From Phoronis australis (lineage: Eukaryota > Animalia > Phoronida), in NCBI GenBank assembly GCA_002633005.1, contig NMRA01001020.1, positions 5,222 to 69,221 on the forward strand: a stretch of 64,000 bases of DNA, read 5' to 3'. A model generated the notes under the pieces. The model was not told the origin of the DNA. It saw only the letters and a list, made by a program, of their open reading frames with translations, and searched no databases. This document shows positions 13,442 through 26,662 of the stretch, piece after piece (position 1 is the stretch's first letter; each line of letters starts with the position of its first letter). Position numbers and translations under genes: made by a program.

Positions 13442-14000
13442 CATAGGCGGATTTAGGGGGGGGGGCCAGGGGGGAAAAAGATTTAAATGTGTGCAGTTTT
13501 AGTGTTGGGGGGGGGTCTTTTGGGCATTTGAAGACTATTTTAAATACGACAAATTTGTTAAGAATTGATGGCACAAAATATAAAACGGGTAGTAAGCATT
13601 ACAAAAAGAAGTAGGTTTCGCACGCAAAGGCTGTGGACCATAAATAAGTAGGTCTCTTAGAAAGAAAGTAGTAGATAAGTTGTGGTGGTGTAGTGGTAAA
13701 GCACGCACGCTCTATCCTCCGGGTCGTGAGTTCGAGTCTTAGGTTCTTGCAGCGTTTTCTGTTCGACACGTTCTACGTTTTTTTCTTTTTTGCCTCTTTT
13801 GTCTTCAGGAATTAAGGAAAATGCTTGATTTTTAGAGGTAAAAACAGAAAAATTTCTTGGGCGGGAGGGGGGCAAACCCCCCTCCCGACCTCCCCCCAAT
13901 TCGGTGCTATGCGCATCTACAATCGTGGTTCAGTTTGCGCAAATGCTTACAGCCGGACAAAAAGTTGGCCCCCCCTTGTGATATCCTAGATCCGCCACTG
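13442..14000. mobile_element. MITE (CATAGGCGGATTTAG..CTAGATCCGCCACTG), 5-bp TSD TGTTT, with an internal tRNA-like segment
   Basis: TSD tgttt at 13437-13441 and 14001-14005. Empty paralogous site at ~7070-7080. A/B-box-like segment at 13682-13740. Relatives at 17695-17841, 23741-24020 and 50320-50649. Confidence 0.8.
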
Positions 14001-14619
14001 TGTTTAAATACTTCATACTGACACATTTGATCAATTCCCACGGCTTTGCTATATTTCAATTTCATCACTACCCGCTTAACTTCATCGTGAGTAATGTTTT
14101 TATTCAAAATTCTACTGATTGTTGATACAGGCATCACTTTTGTCATTGGTTACTGTGTTTTGTTTACATATCACGCTGTTTATTTTCTTTATAGGTAGCA
14201 GTACATCTTTTGCCGCTGTGATTGGGTTTCTTTTAGTAAGCCGGTTCTTTCCAGTGGCTACAATGGCGTTTGCAGAAGCTTGACCGGCCGGCTATTATTA
14301 CGTACTAGCCTCTGTATGTTACGCGGGTTTTGGTGACTAGTGTTTCTCGTGTATGGCGGCATTCGTTGACAAGATCTGTAACGCGAATCATGTGTTGTTC
14401 TCGGATGCTGGAACTTATATAATAAGCACAGACTGTTGGCCAAACTGTTGTAAGAACTGAGTATTATGGCACAGCATGTTGTACTTGTGTTTATCTACTA
14501 GCGAAGTTCAGAGCGTATAGATAGTTGTTGTTTAACGTATAGTTTCTTTCAGCTGCTTGTTTGGCGTATATTGCGCGGTACCCGCTTCATAGAATAAATA
14601 ATGACGGTCGCAGTTATTA

Positions 14620-16564
14620 AGGTATTTCAAGTGACGTCATCACTTTGTGTGTTCACCATGTTGGACGTGTTGAAACGTCCAGCTGTCGTTGTTGTTGCAC
14701 GCTTGTGTTTGTTTTCCTCGATTTCTTTAGTCATGCCTATTTATTGTGTGGCGGTAGGTTACAGCAACAACCAGTCCAGGGACAAGAATTTGTCGTTTTA
14801 TAGATTCCCTAGTGTAAATTCTGAGCCAGATCGGCGAAATAGGTGGATTTCAGCAGTGAGTCGTCAGAACTGGACTCCTACACCGTACTCGAGGCTCTGT
14901 AGTGCACATTTCATATCAGTTAAATAATATTATTGTAATCGATGAGTTTATCGTGACTAGAAGCTTCCACCGCTTCCACCACGTCTCAGTTTTGCATGCT
15001 TAGTTAAGATTTCCGCCGTTGTCTTTGGTTCTTCGAGACTCCTCGTTGTCCGACCAGACTTCTACTAGAAGCTAGGGCGCCATATTTGTCATATCACTGA
15101 AGGCAAGCCCAGGTTTAAGTTCCGATTAATGTCGTAAAAGTTAATACGTGGAATCCTAAACTTAAAAGAGGATTTAAAACTTGTCCGTGCCTTTCTTTGT
15201 TGACATTTCTCTATTCCTCGGCGTATTTTACTTATTTGCTTTACTTCTGAAAACCGGTTAGTGTACCGAATTTTCCAAACCTCATAACATGTAATTAAGC
15301 GGTCAACTTTCGCGAGTTGTTGCAATTGTAAAAAGGCATACCCAGGAATATTGTTCCCTGGAGTAGTAAAGAGAAACATTGACCTGAAATTTTTCTATTG
15401 TTATTCACATGTGTATTTTCGGCACATGTAATCATTACTGAAACAATTTTACCGATAGCAGTTTGGAACTAGTCAGCTGCTAAAGTAAGCACATATTTCA
15501 CTACTGTTTTTTTAAAAGCTGGCCTCTGTTTTTTGCAGTGTCATGTTTTATTAATTTCCGCAATTCGCAAACACACATTAGCACATGTAGTATGTGGGAA
15601 TAATTTCATTGGTGCATTATTTTTAGGAAAGAAGTCCGATGACAAGCTTTGTCCCGACTACGTGCCCAGTGTGTTTGCTCACACTTCTGCATCCCAAGTT
15701 GAGAAAAGAAAGCAAGCACTCTCTGCATTTGAACGAAGATGCAACTCAGACAAGCGTCGCCGAGTATAAAAAGAGAAAAGGGATGCTGCTAACGTGCTGT
15801 TGGACCTATCTCGAAATAATGACGAGAGCGAAGATACTACTTACTCTGAAGTGACTACAATAAATGACCAAGAATCTGTTAACACAGTACCTTGTGACTG
15901 GGAAATTGTCAATTCTGCAAATGCTGAAATCTCGAATCTGCTCAGACAAAACGAAATCCTGAATGCTGAAGTTTTGAGCTTGCGCCAAGAAAACTTGTTA
16001 CTTAATGAAAAATTAAAAAACTTGAGTTTGGATGAACACGATTTTGTGAACTGTGATGAAAAAGTCCTGTTTTATACCGGTTTAGCAAACTACCAGTTGT
16101 TAATGATTAACTTTTCAGTGGTGAAAAAAATTTTGAGGAACTTCGACTCCGTAACAAAGTTTCAGCAGTTTGTCATCACTCTGATGAGACTAAGACTTAA
16201 TCTAAATATTCAGGATCTTGCGTACAGGTTTAACGTAAGTTCATCGACAATTTCACACATATTTATTAGTGTTATTGATGTTTGTTACTGTCGACTTGTC
16301 TCTCTGAACTTAGTTTTGCCAGAACGCCACTGCAGTCTCCGAAAGTCACTCCCTATGTGTTTTAACATTTCCTAAACGTGTAGTAGTAATAGATTGCTTT
16401 GAAGTATTCATTGAACGGTCAAAGGACCTTCAGAAATACCACATACTCCAATTACAAGTCACACGATACCGTGAAGTATTTAATTGGCATTGCTCCTCAG
16501 GGCGCATTAATTTTCATTTCAGGGCGATTTGATCGCGTGACTCAATGACGTAGTTGAAATACCT
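14620..16564 (+). mobile_element. Internally deleted THAP + HTH + DDE_Tnp_4 (ISL2EU/Harbinger-type) DNA transposon
   Basis: TIR (a)ggtatttcaa..cgtcat / atgacg..ttgaaatacc(t), with TTAA on both sides (14617-14620, 16564-16567). Confidence 0.8.
14733..16520 (+). pseudogene. Spliced transposase pseudogene: THAP domain, coiled coil, HTH and truncated DDE
   Basis: Exon 1 (14733-14919): MPIYCVAVG...FYRFP...RRNRW...RLCSAHFIS. Exon 2 from 15627: GKKSDDKLCPDYVPSVF...FYTGL...LMRLRLNLNIQDLAYRFNVSSSTIS...[11 protein letters not shown]...[21 protein letters not shown]. Stop at ~15767, a frameshift at ~16370 and an apparently mutated donor. Confidence 0.85.
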
Positions 16565-17694
16565 TAAAGGCACTATTTCCGCTTCACTTTTGTTAAAAAC
16601 TTCATGAAACGGATCTTTACGCAAACACTTTTATTCGAAACCTAAGCCCAAATAATAGCCTTCGCCATGGCATCGAATTTTTTTTATAATGAACTGAATT
16701 TAATACAGATTTTTTTAGCTTAATTTTTCATTTTGTGTGGTGCACCAAGAAATAAATGAATGCCGGACGAAGTGTCAATCGAAGATTCGAGTGTCGAATA
16801 TGAACTTGGAGTTTCGGTTAATCTCAAGATCGTATACAGGCCTACGTGAACTCGGAATACCCACTCAAATAATCCCGTTCAAGCTACTATAATTAGTTAA
16901 CGGGTGAAATAGGTGCTTTTTGAACCAATAATTACAGAAATTTGCTACATTGAACAAAATATTCACCAGATTTCTTTAATGTGTATTTAATTACGACCTC
17001 ACGCTTACGCGATCTTCAGATTAAAGTTCACGCATACCAAACAAGTAATGGCAGACGTTCGGTATAAGTTAGTTAGGTTGTCCTCCGTTGAAAAGGCTTG
17101 CTAATCGTCCTCAAGTTGACTATTACCGCAGTAAAGTTTGAAATGAAGATCAGTTTGGGTGCTGGACTTATCTGCGATCCCAGATGGCTGTTGCACGGTC
17201 TCATCAAGGAAAGATTTTTCTCGACAGGTAAGTCGTCAACTCCGGATGTCCGAGGCGCACTTGTTACAGCAATGCTAACCATAAAGTTTTCAGAATATTA
17301 TGGTAGATTTATTTTACTTCCTAACAGTACATAATAGAGCACACCGACATTACAATATTCCTGTAGTAAGATCCTTGGTGTCTTTGACTGAGAATTTTGT
17401 GCGTTATTCTACCGTTTTAGTTGCTTAACCCTCGGGCTCGGTTTCGTCCACTTGTGGTTGTGTCGTGGATTAATTTGAGCAAACAAAGAAGCCACATTTA
17501 CAAGTGTTTCTCATGTAAAAGTAAGGGGACTCAAGGTAAGGGCTGTTGTGTCATTGTGTGAACTAAGACATAACAGCAATCCTTGAGTAATAATCATTTA
17601 ATAATCCTCTCTTTTCCGAATTCATGTTATCTTGCAGTGTGTATAGAGACTGACAGTCTATACAGCCTGTTATAGTGCTAGTCTTGATACTCTA

Positions 17695-17841
17695 CAGTGG
17701 CGGATCTAGGATATCACAAGGGGGGGGCCAACATTTTGTCCGGCTGGAAGCATTTGCGCAAACTGAACCACAATTGTAGATGCGCATAGCACCCAATGGG
17801 GGGAGGTCGGGAGGGGGGTTTGCCCCCCTCCCGCCCAGGAA
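17695..17841. mobile_element. MITE end (family of 13442-14000) running into the gap
   Basis: Reverse-complement near-identity to 13855-14000. Confidence 0.75.
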
Positions 17842-18831
17842 NNNNNNNNNNNNNNNNNNNNNNNNNNNNNNNNNNNNNNNNNNNNNNNNNNNNNNNNNNN
17901 NNNNNNNNNNNNNNNNNNNNNNNNNNNNNNNNNNNNNNNNNNNNNNNNNNNNNNNNNNNNNNNNNNNNNNNNNNNNNNNNNNNNNNNNNNNNNNNNNNNN
18001 NNNNNNNNNNNNNNNNNNNNNNNNNNNNNNNNNNNNNNNNNNNNNNNNNNNNNNNNNNNNNNNNNNNNNNNNNNNNNNNNNNNNNNNNNNNNNNNNNNNN
18101 NNNNNNNNNNNNNNNNNNNNNNNNNNNNNNNNNNNNNNNNNNNNNNNNNNNNNNNNNNNNNNNNNNNNNNNNNNNNNNNNNNNNNNNNNNNNNNNNNNNN
18201 NNNNNNNNNNNNNNNNNNNNNNNNNNNNNNNNNNNNNNNNNNNNNNNNNNNNNNNNNNNNNNNNNNNNNNNNNNNNNNNNNNNNNNNNNNNNNNNNNNNN
18301 NNNNNNNNNNNNNNNNNNNNNNNNNNNNNNNNNNNNNNNNNNNNNNNNNNNNNNNNNNNNNNNNNNNNNNNNNNNNNNNNNNNNNNNNNNNNNNNNNNNN
18401 NNNNNNNNNNNNNNNNNNNNNNNNNNNNNNNNNNNNNNNNNNNNNNNNNNNNNNNNNNNNNNNNNNNNNNNNNNNNNNNNNNNNNNNNNNNNNNNNNNNN
18501 NNNNNNNNNNNNNNNNNNNNNNNNNNNNNNNNNNNNNNNNNNNNNNNNNNNNNNNNNNNNNNNNNNNNNNNNNNNNNNNNNNNNNNNNNNNNNNNNNNNN
18601 NNNNNNNNNNNNNNNNNNNNNNNNNNNNNNNNNNNNNNNNNNNNNNNNNNNNNNNNNNNNNNNNNNNNNNNNNNNNNNNNNNNNNNNNNNNNNNNNNNNN
18701 NNNNNNNNNNNNNNNNNNNNNNNNNNNNNNNNNNNNNNNNNNNNNNNNNNNNNNNNNNNNNNNNNNNNNNNNNNNNNNNNNNNNNNNNNNNNNNNNNNNN
18801 NNNNNNNNNNNNNNNNNNNNNNNNNNNNNNN
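17842..18831. other. Assembly gap (990 N)
   Basis: Run of N. Confidence 1.
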
Positions 18832-18990
18832 ATGCTTCGCCATCAACAGCAGGTACCTATTCTAGCTTTGGATAATGGCACATTATAGCATTCTGTAATG
18901 TTAACAGCAACAGAAAGTGTATTGTTTTTACCAAGGTATCAGCAGCCAATTGCCATCTCACGTTAACATGGATTTGATTTTATGTTGTAG

Positions 18991-21170
18991 AACAAGAGAT
19001 GTGTTGGGAATTTTCAACCTGCTGATTCTTATGTACTCTGGCAAGCGTTTTGCTACTCTCAAGGCCTTGTGTACCGGCTTACCAGAATTCTGCTAGCTAT
19101 CAAGGATCACAGCAGGCCAGTCCTGGAAGATGAAGCTGGCAATGCAAGGTAATTAATATAACTGCGCCAAACATGCATGTTGGCTACTGGTGTGGCCACG
19201 ACTCAGTATTCAACAGGGGTTTAAAACTAAATTGTAAGTGGCCATTAGCGGGGTAGTGCTAAAATGAGTGATAATTTAGGACTCTGCTAGAAACAAAGGG
19301 GCAAACACAAAATTGAGATGAGAAGACGTGGGAAGGCCTTTTCTGCAATGAACAAGCTATGCCACGTCCTGTTATGTCCCCAAGGCTACATCAGTGCAGC
19401 TTATGACAAAAAGACCACCTGCAATGCTTACAGAAAGTTGAATTTGATTGTTCCTTGAATGGGAGATGATTTAAATAACCAAAAATTGTGACATATGAAT
19501 TAAAAGTGTCCGAGTGTGCTCCACATGTCCTGTGTGGGTGAGCATTGTGTGTTTATTTTCATCCATGCAATGTTTCCTTGTCCATACCTATGTCGCATGA
19601 TATCTCAAGAACAGTGCTGTAGTGGGGCGTAGGCGCACGTAGGCGCAGCCAACCACCTTTTGGCATTTGAAGGTAGCGCATATGCACCGTACAGTGCTCA
19701 AGGTGATACGGTGGGCTTTGGGCACCTACTTACCACAAATTTTACCACTTCAGCACTGCTCAAGAAGGAAGTTTTGTTTGTATTTTGTGCTGAAGTTTAG
19801 ATGATAGCCTTGACTTTGAATTCACAGTCACATTTAGAAAATCAAGATTTTACTTGGAAAACATTTGCCCATGCAATTTTGTGTATTTACACAAAGGTGT
19901 AAGTGGCCTATCTCCAGGTGTTAGTCACATTTTGAAGGTCACAATATGCAATTACATAGCCCTGAATGCCGCATCTAACCCAGCAACCAACCAAGGGGTT
20001 ACGTGTTGCCTAAGGTCTCTGTAGCATTTCCATTTCATTGACCTAATAGACATGAAAATACATCAGTTATTTTTGTGTTCACAAAGGTTGAGAGAGGCTT
20101 TCATAAGATTGGTTTCAAAATCATTACAATTTAAAATTATGAAATCCTTGAAAACTATCACATCCTGATAGGCATAGCAGTGACACAGCTTTGAACATTG
20201 GGTGGCCTTCGGTCCTGGGCGGCAGCCCCAGGTGCAGGCCTTCATCTAGGTGGCATCTAGGGTGTCCAACTACGCAACTTGACATAAATTTAGACACATT
20301 AGGTAGGTTGCCCTATTTAGCTTTTTGGACGCTCAAGTAAAGTGTACCATTTTTTTATTTAGCTAACAACAGCCCTGGAAGCTAACTGTCCTGGTCGAAT
20401 AAGAAAGTTAAGACATGGTGTAAGATGGGGTAGACTTTATTGCAGACCACAGTAACATTCCACACCATAACAGCGATTTGACTTAAGGTCATAGAAATAG
20501 TCAAGAGTCATTGGTCATGGATGCCTTCATTAATTAGAAAACTCATTTGGAACGCCCTATTCTTTAAATCGTGTATGAAACACCTGCTAAATGCTAAGAT
20601 GTGGTGGGGAACAATTCAGCCACCCTGTGACAAATGCTGTTATTTGTATTGTTTTCTCTTCTTGAAATGTGTGAAACTCTTATCACTTAATTAACTACAT
20701 GTAGTATATTTTTATATTTTGAATAATGAAAACATGTTATCCAGTGTTTGAAACGACTTCGAAAAAGTTTCTAAAACACTGAAAGAGGTGCATAATGTAC
20801 TAATTGTTTGTAGAGTTTCATATGTTTCACACTCTTCATGTTTCAGGGTAAATCAATGCTGCTGCATTCATTTTCGTGTCTGGCAATGACATTGAAACAA
20901 CTGTTATTCTTTCTAGGGGAGCAACTTATCTTCAACAAGAAGAGCAGGAGACGGTTGTCCATTCCGGTGAAGGCTTCTAAGAGCTATGACGAGCTAGCTG
21001 ATATTGTGAAAACCCGGTTAAAAGACATGTCAGACATGCACTGCTTCCATGAACATAAAAGCAAAATTACTCCTGCTTGTTGTCTGACAACATTGCCGTC
21101 TTCGAATGATTGCCATTAGTAGAAGTCAGTGCGTCAAAGAAGCTGCCTGACAGAGGTTATTTAAGATGAC
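18991..21170 (+). pseudogene. Kolobok transposase C-terminal exons, decayed
   Basis: Exon 18991-19148 (AG/GT bounded): FNLLILMYSGKRFA / YRLTRILLAIKDHSRP. Exon from 20917: FNKKSRR...PVKASKSYD...IVKTRL. These resemble the Kolobok C-terminal motifs; recognised by eye. Confidence 0.65.
19612..19758. mobile_element. hAT-type MITE, 147 bp, 8-bp TSD CTCAAGAA
   Basis: TIR cagtgctg(t/a)agtgg. TSD at 19604-19611 and 19759-19766. Confidence 0.85.
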
Positions 21171-22619
21171 ATGGCAACTGGGTGTTATTCAGTCATGTGC
21201 CCTAGTTTGTTGCAGAGGATCATCTGGTACTACAGTTTGGTTTATAGTCATGATACATCCAGTTATGCAGAAGTTAACATGTCCAGTCAGGCCGTCGACC
21301 TTCAAACTCTGCCATGGGCAGTTTGTGTAGTGTCAATTTGGAAACTGTCAAGGCTTGTAATTTTCCTCTTTTAAGAGGATTTACTATCTCTTGGTTTCGA
21401 TTTCCTCTTATTGCATTTCCAATTTCCTCTTTATGTCTCTTTTTTGACCATTATTTTGACTTCTATACCAAAAATCTCTATCAAAGACCCTAGTATTAAT
21501 TTGTGGAATGATACATCACCTGTCATTGATCATTCCAAGCCCTGAACCTTAACTTTGTACAAACAATTTCTTTATGGAGCGTTTGGTTTACAGAAACACT
21601 TTCTACATGGTGAGTAAGATACAACTGGTAATACCAGTTTAACTTGTATTACCATTGGATAGTTTTATTGATTCTTAACTATTTTCTCGGCCAAATGTGT
21701 AGTCAGTGGTTTGTCTTCAGCTGGGTCATAGAGAGGGGGATATTTGTATACAAGGGTCACCATGAAGCTTCTCTGTTACGTAAAATTGTTTTTAGTGATG
21801 TTTTACTGCTTAGGCAATTCACATTCATATTAAAACCTGCATTTAGAAATCTTGAATTTGAGAGTGATGGTGTTGAACATTACAATATATATTTTGAATG
21901 GCTATGCTGTTGGGTTAGAGGTTGTGCTTGTAAGTAAGGTGTGTTACATGAGTAGCAGATTACTCGCGATTGGTCATTGCAAAAGCTATAGAACTTTTAA
22001 TCAGAAAATGTTGCAACTTCTGATTATGGGCCATGGCCAAACAACCAGGAGACTATGTCTATTGAAAGGACATCTTGTTTTGTTAATTTTGTCCAATCAT
22101 CTTTCTGTCACCTGCTAATGCATCATTGGCGTTAATCAGGAAAGACAAAAGCAGGAATCAACTAAAAACTCATACCCCTATCTCACAAATTAGACATTAT
22201 GTTCCTTGGTCGGTGGCCTTTCCCACAGTTGCATGCAATTTGCTAAAAGCGTACGTCATGCTTTTACTGTTTAGCAGACGTTGAAATTTTTTTTGAAAAT
22301 TTCCTCCAAGTTTTGAGGGTTTTCGATGGTTACAGAGCATTAATTTGTTGCAGAGAACTAGGTGGGAAGTCGATTTTAGTATTTTACTTTATTTTGAAAA
22401 GTTAATCCATTACTGGTTTTTCGAAATTTGGGCCGTTGCCCTACATGACGGTAACTAATTTAAGAATGCTCTAGGTTCTTGTTGCAAGTCAAAATCCAAA
22501 TGGACTTTCTATACTAGACTAAGAAATAAAAAGTTCACTCTGACAGTTGTGCTTTCATCTCACAAAGTAACAATTGTGCACAAGCAGGTTTCAGTGCTCA
22601 GCTACAATTTTTGTGTAGC

Positions 22620-23576
22620 CTGTATGTCCCAATAAAGTCTGTGAATATTTTTGTCCAAACACAACTGTGCAACTCTGTCCACATGTCTTCCAAGATGTCC
22701 ATGTTGCCCCAAGATAAAGTTTCTGTATGCCTGATGTCAGTTAGACGCATTCTGATCAGTCTCTGGCTTCAGTGTCATCACATTTCGTTGCAGCTTGTCG
22801 AAGGCAAGTACACCTTCTCCAGGCAAAACACTTGGAAATCCTGAAAGCATTGGTAAAATATATTACCGTGCGGTTTCGCATTACTGTAGATTTGATAAGG
22901 AACATTTGTCTCTTGTAAATGAATTATATACAACAGCAACTGGTTGATTGGGGTTGACATCCTATATTGGACAATCAAAACGTATAGAATTATTTTCATT
23001 ATTGCAGACTGAACTCACCAATACTTTTGTAAATTGACATTTGGTTGGTTTTGGATGGGATTTGCTACTGAGATTTGATTGTAGTTCTTGGCCAAAGATT
23101 GGTTTTGCTTCAAAAAATGATTTGAATTGTGTGGCTGTATATCTGTTTAAACCAATTGAAGATTCAAAACTTATGTAGCTATAGGAGTGTTTGAGGTCCT
23201 GGTGACATTAATATGAATCACCTAAAAATGAAAAAGAGCAGACCAAAAAAGAACTAAACAATTTTGTAAAATATTTCCCACTGATATATGTAGTCTGTAG
23301 TCAATACTAAAAACTTTGTAGTGATTAAATTTTTAGACAACGGTTTAGTGAATACTTACAGGTAATAATGAAATGCAGTTAGCAGATTGCTTCCCACAGC
23401 ACACTTTTATTTCTGGTTGGCATTTCTTGACACCTGTGACACGTTCTGATGGTGCTGGGTAATGATCCAGTGAAGTGACCTCTGCTAGCCTAAATTCTAG
23501 ACGCGGGGGTCTTGCTTGGCGACATCCAACATTAGGTCTCTCAATTCCTTCTTTTATTCATGCGACTGATTCGACC
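22620..23576 (-). pseudogene. Kolobok accessory gene (KolX, P2X7 C-terminal 'ballast'-like Cys-rich domain), two decayed exons
   Basis: Exon 23576-23360: CHRCQEMPT / VCCGKQSANCISLLP, spliced in phase 0 to an exon from 22840: DFQVFCL...HQAYRNFILGQHGHLGRH. Lies tail-to-tail with the transposase exons at 18991-21170. Confidence 0.7.
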
Positions 23577-23740
23577 CTAAAGTGAGAGTAATTCAGTGAC
23601 ATTCACAGTAATAAGAACAATTTTTATAACTTTGTTTGTATTGTTGTAGGATTTATTTGCCAACAAGTACAAAGACAACCACTGTATGACTATCAGATTA
23701 GAACTCATCTACTGGTTTAGGATTGGGTTTTGGATTAATT

Positions 23741-24020
23741 CATAGGCGGATTTAGGGGGGGACAGGGGGCCTGGCCCTCCCCCCCCCCTTGGCTGCCGCA
23801 AAAGGGGGGGGGGGGGCTCGGACCCGATCGTATCGGGACCTGCGTAAACGCCTTCTCATTTTTTTGTTTTTTTAGTCCACTGTTAGCTTTGTACTACGAG
23901 GACCAGAAATTGGAGCAACCCAATTTTTCGGGCTGGGTTCTCGCACTCAATCGTAAACCACACTTGCCCAAGACAAAATGTTGCCCGCGGCCCCCTTATG
24001 GTATCCTCGATCCGCCAATG
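23741..24020. mobile_element. MITE (family of 13442-14000), 5-bp TSD TAATT
   Basis: cataggcggatttag...gatccgccaatg flanked by taatt at 23736-23740 and 24021-24025. Confidence 0.8.
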
Positions 24021-25319
24021 TAATTTAGAGATGCAGCCATGGATCGTTTCTACCCCATGCACTAGGTCCAGAGCTCTATAATTGCAAACCCATGCAGTCC
24101 CAGGGCCTGGAAATTGAATATCACAGTGTCACGCAGGAAACTTATTTTTCGTAAGCAACTGATATCGTGCACCTCCGAGTTGTACATAATCTCCCAGAGG
24201 AGGAAACGTTAACAACCAAACTCGACGAAGTCATGAATCACTAAGACTCGATTGCAGATTTAAAATTGAACACAACTCACGAGACTGTAGCCTGTATGTT
24301 ATGTAATATAGGCATAGACAAGTACAAGCTGGCAAGAAGTCCCAAAACACCTAACTGACCTCGACCGCTTGTACTTGACATGTTTCTCTTCCGTCAGCTG
24401 ATTCGTGTGCATTATGGGTAATCTCTCCACTGGCAACCCCGCATAAATAATGAGGTTTGGCTGAAGGTCCGCCCATTTTTTATGAATTTAAAAAATTAAT
24501 AGTAAAATAACGAGAGTATGTACATGGCTGTAATTTACGAAAAGAGTTAATTTTAGTGATATCTTTCGATTGGCAAAGCTCAATTTGTGATCTAAGCAGG
24601 CGAAAGTAAAGGAAATAGTGACTTTAATAGGCAGATGTTTGTGCATGGAAATGGTTTCCAGTAGTAGAATAGATAGCACGGGTTCCAGTTAATTGTGTAT
24701 TGTTAGCGAGGTACATGTAGTATTTGCCTGTCGTAGAGTCATTGTCGCGAGTCTTTCTAACGCTCTTGGTATATAGTGCTTGTTAATTACGCTTGCTTGC
24801 CGAGTACTCAGACTGTGTGTTTTTATTCATTACAGATAACCGCTTTTTCGGTTTCTCCTTTAAAACGCTTGTTCGGAATCTTTTCAACTAAATAATAAAG
24901 TGTGTTATGTAAACGACTTTTAACTTATCCCTGTAGCCAGACGCTGCTACAATTATATAATGACTCGAGATCGGCTTTTGTGAAAAGTATATCAGCACAA
25001 AATTCCCGGTTAAAACTGTTTACAGTTAAACCATGGTATAACGATTCAAAGTGGCGCATCTGACGCATTTTTATCATTTTTCAATCTTGCTGGGGTGAAT
25101 TTTTGTAGGTGGATTCTTTGAGGTATACTCTTTCAAAGGAATCGTTACAATTTTTTCGCAGACTGACCGTTTTGAGTTTTTTGACTTTCAATTTCAGAAA
25201 AAAAATGCAAAGTTTCAATTTTCTTGAAACTTTTGTGTAATTTTGTGGAACTACTCTGTAAGTTAGATTTTTGAACGTTCTTTCAGAAAATGTATCTATT
25301 TTTCGTTAAGACGTCTCTT

Positions 25320-25610
25320 TTTTAATTATTCGGGATTTTCTGATTACACTGTTCCTTTGTTGACAGATTTTTTATGCACTTCTGTTGCTTTTGTTTGTTT
25401 CTCTGTTCACTTCTCACACCAGTGTTTTACGAGCGTACTCGTTGTGTCCAATGGAAGATTCAGATGAAGGACATGTGAGCTCTGAAAAATCTGTACGTCC
25501 GAAAAGCGGGCCAACCGGCAAGCGTAACACGACGGACGCAACACGACGACTGTAAATATTCCAATCGTTAGCAGATCATCCAACAAGTTTCAACTAAATG
25601 GATGTTATAC
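25320..25610 (-). repeat. LINE fragment, paralog of 7195-7505
   Basis: Colinear similarity (ttattcgggattttctgat...catccaacaa). Confidence 0.65.
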
Positions 25611-26662
25611 GTGAGGAGATGTCTCACGTAGTGCGAGAAAAGCAACCTAATTTGCTGACAACTTCTTACATCTAGACGTACATGTAAGTGACTTTTGTTT
25701 TACCGAATTATAATCTACTACAGGTTAGTACACTACTATTTTTGTTCAATGCTACTGTACATTCTTTGTGCATTGCTAATTTACAAGTAACTCTACAACT
25801 AACGTCAACGGCAGAGGCGGCTCTCGCTTTTCGACTTTTTTGAAAAGAATTCTGGGAACGAAATTAAGTATAACGCCCAGTAGTCAATTTGGGCAACAAA
25901 TGAAAGACAGCTTTAAACACCATACAGTCACTAAGATTAAAATTCTTCGAAAATGTCACCAACCTTTCTCTGAGACCTTGTTTTTGCCTCCTGTAGAAAG
26001 TGATACATACGCTATTTACAAGTGTAAATTCGAGATCCACCCCATTATTTTTTCTCATTCTCCTTCTCTGAACACAAACTTCGGATCCATTATGTATTTA
26101 TTTCAATAACAGTTAATTAGTCTGACTATATGTAATGCCTCCTTCGCCAAACTTTATTTCACTCGTCGTTTAATTAAGACTATGATGTCGAGCAAAGTTC
26201 TTACTAAAAGTGGCGCTGTAGTACAGTAAAGAAATCGATGGGTGACTTCTCGGCGAATGCCATTCCTGGTTTCCACTCACTAATACGGTCTGGAGTTCCG
26301 AGAGACTCAGCCATGCATTGTGTCCGGGCATAACAAGATAAAACACACTACAAGCCATTGAAACGACCCTACAATTGGTCTCTCGTAGTTGTTAAAACAA
26401 ACCTGAACTTGAAAACAATTTCCACACGTATGACCACTTGCCACGTTGACCTACTCTTGGGTGTTACAATTACACACACTTCTAACAGGCAATTCCTACA
26501 CAGCGGAAACCTCAACACCTGAAAATCACCATAAAGTCCTAGTAGCACACGTTTTAACCCTTATTAAATGTTTAGAAGAAATTATAAAGCTCTTAACACG
26601 TGGCTATTAGATTTTGCTACTGTATATGTCACTGAAATTTATTTTACTGACTGAGAACTTAA

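Larger units (their letters stand above)
8996..14110. repeat. Local segmental duplication, copy B (partner 2685-7180)
   Basis: See copy A. Carries insertions at 9632-11776, 13100-13257 and 13442-14000. Confidence 0.85.

Noticed and set aside
13682-13745. Functional tRNA gene (also 6281-6350 and 50330-50390)
   Set aside because: A and B boxes are present but acceptor and anticodon stems do not pair convincingly; two of the three are embedded in MITEs.
17692-18875. Three 359-384-aa ORFs in the ORF track
   Set aside because: They are read-through of the N gap flanked by MITE sequence.
24500-24950. Solo LTR (AATAAA and a CA end at ~24951)
   Set aside because: No clear TG start with a matching TSD was found.
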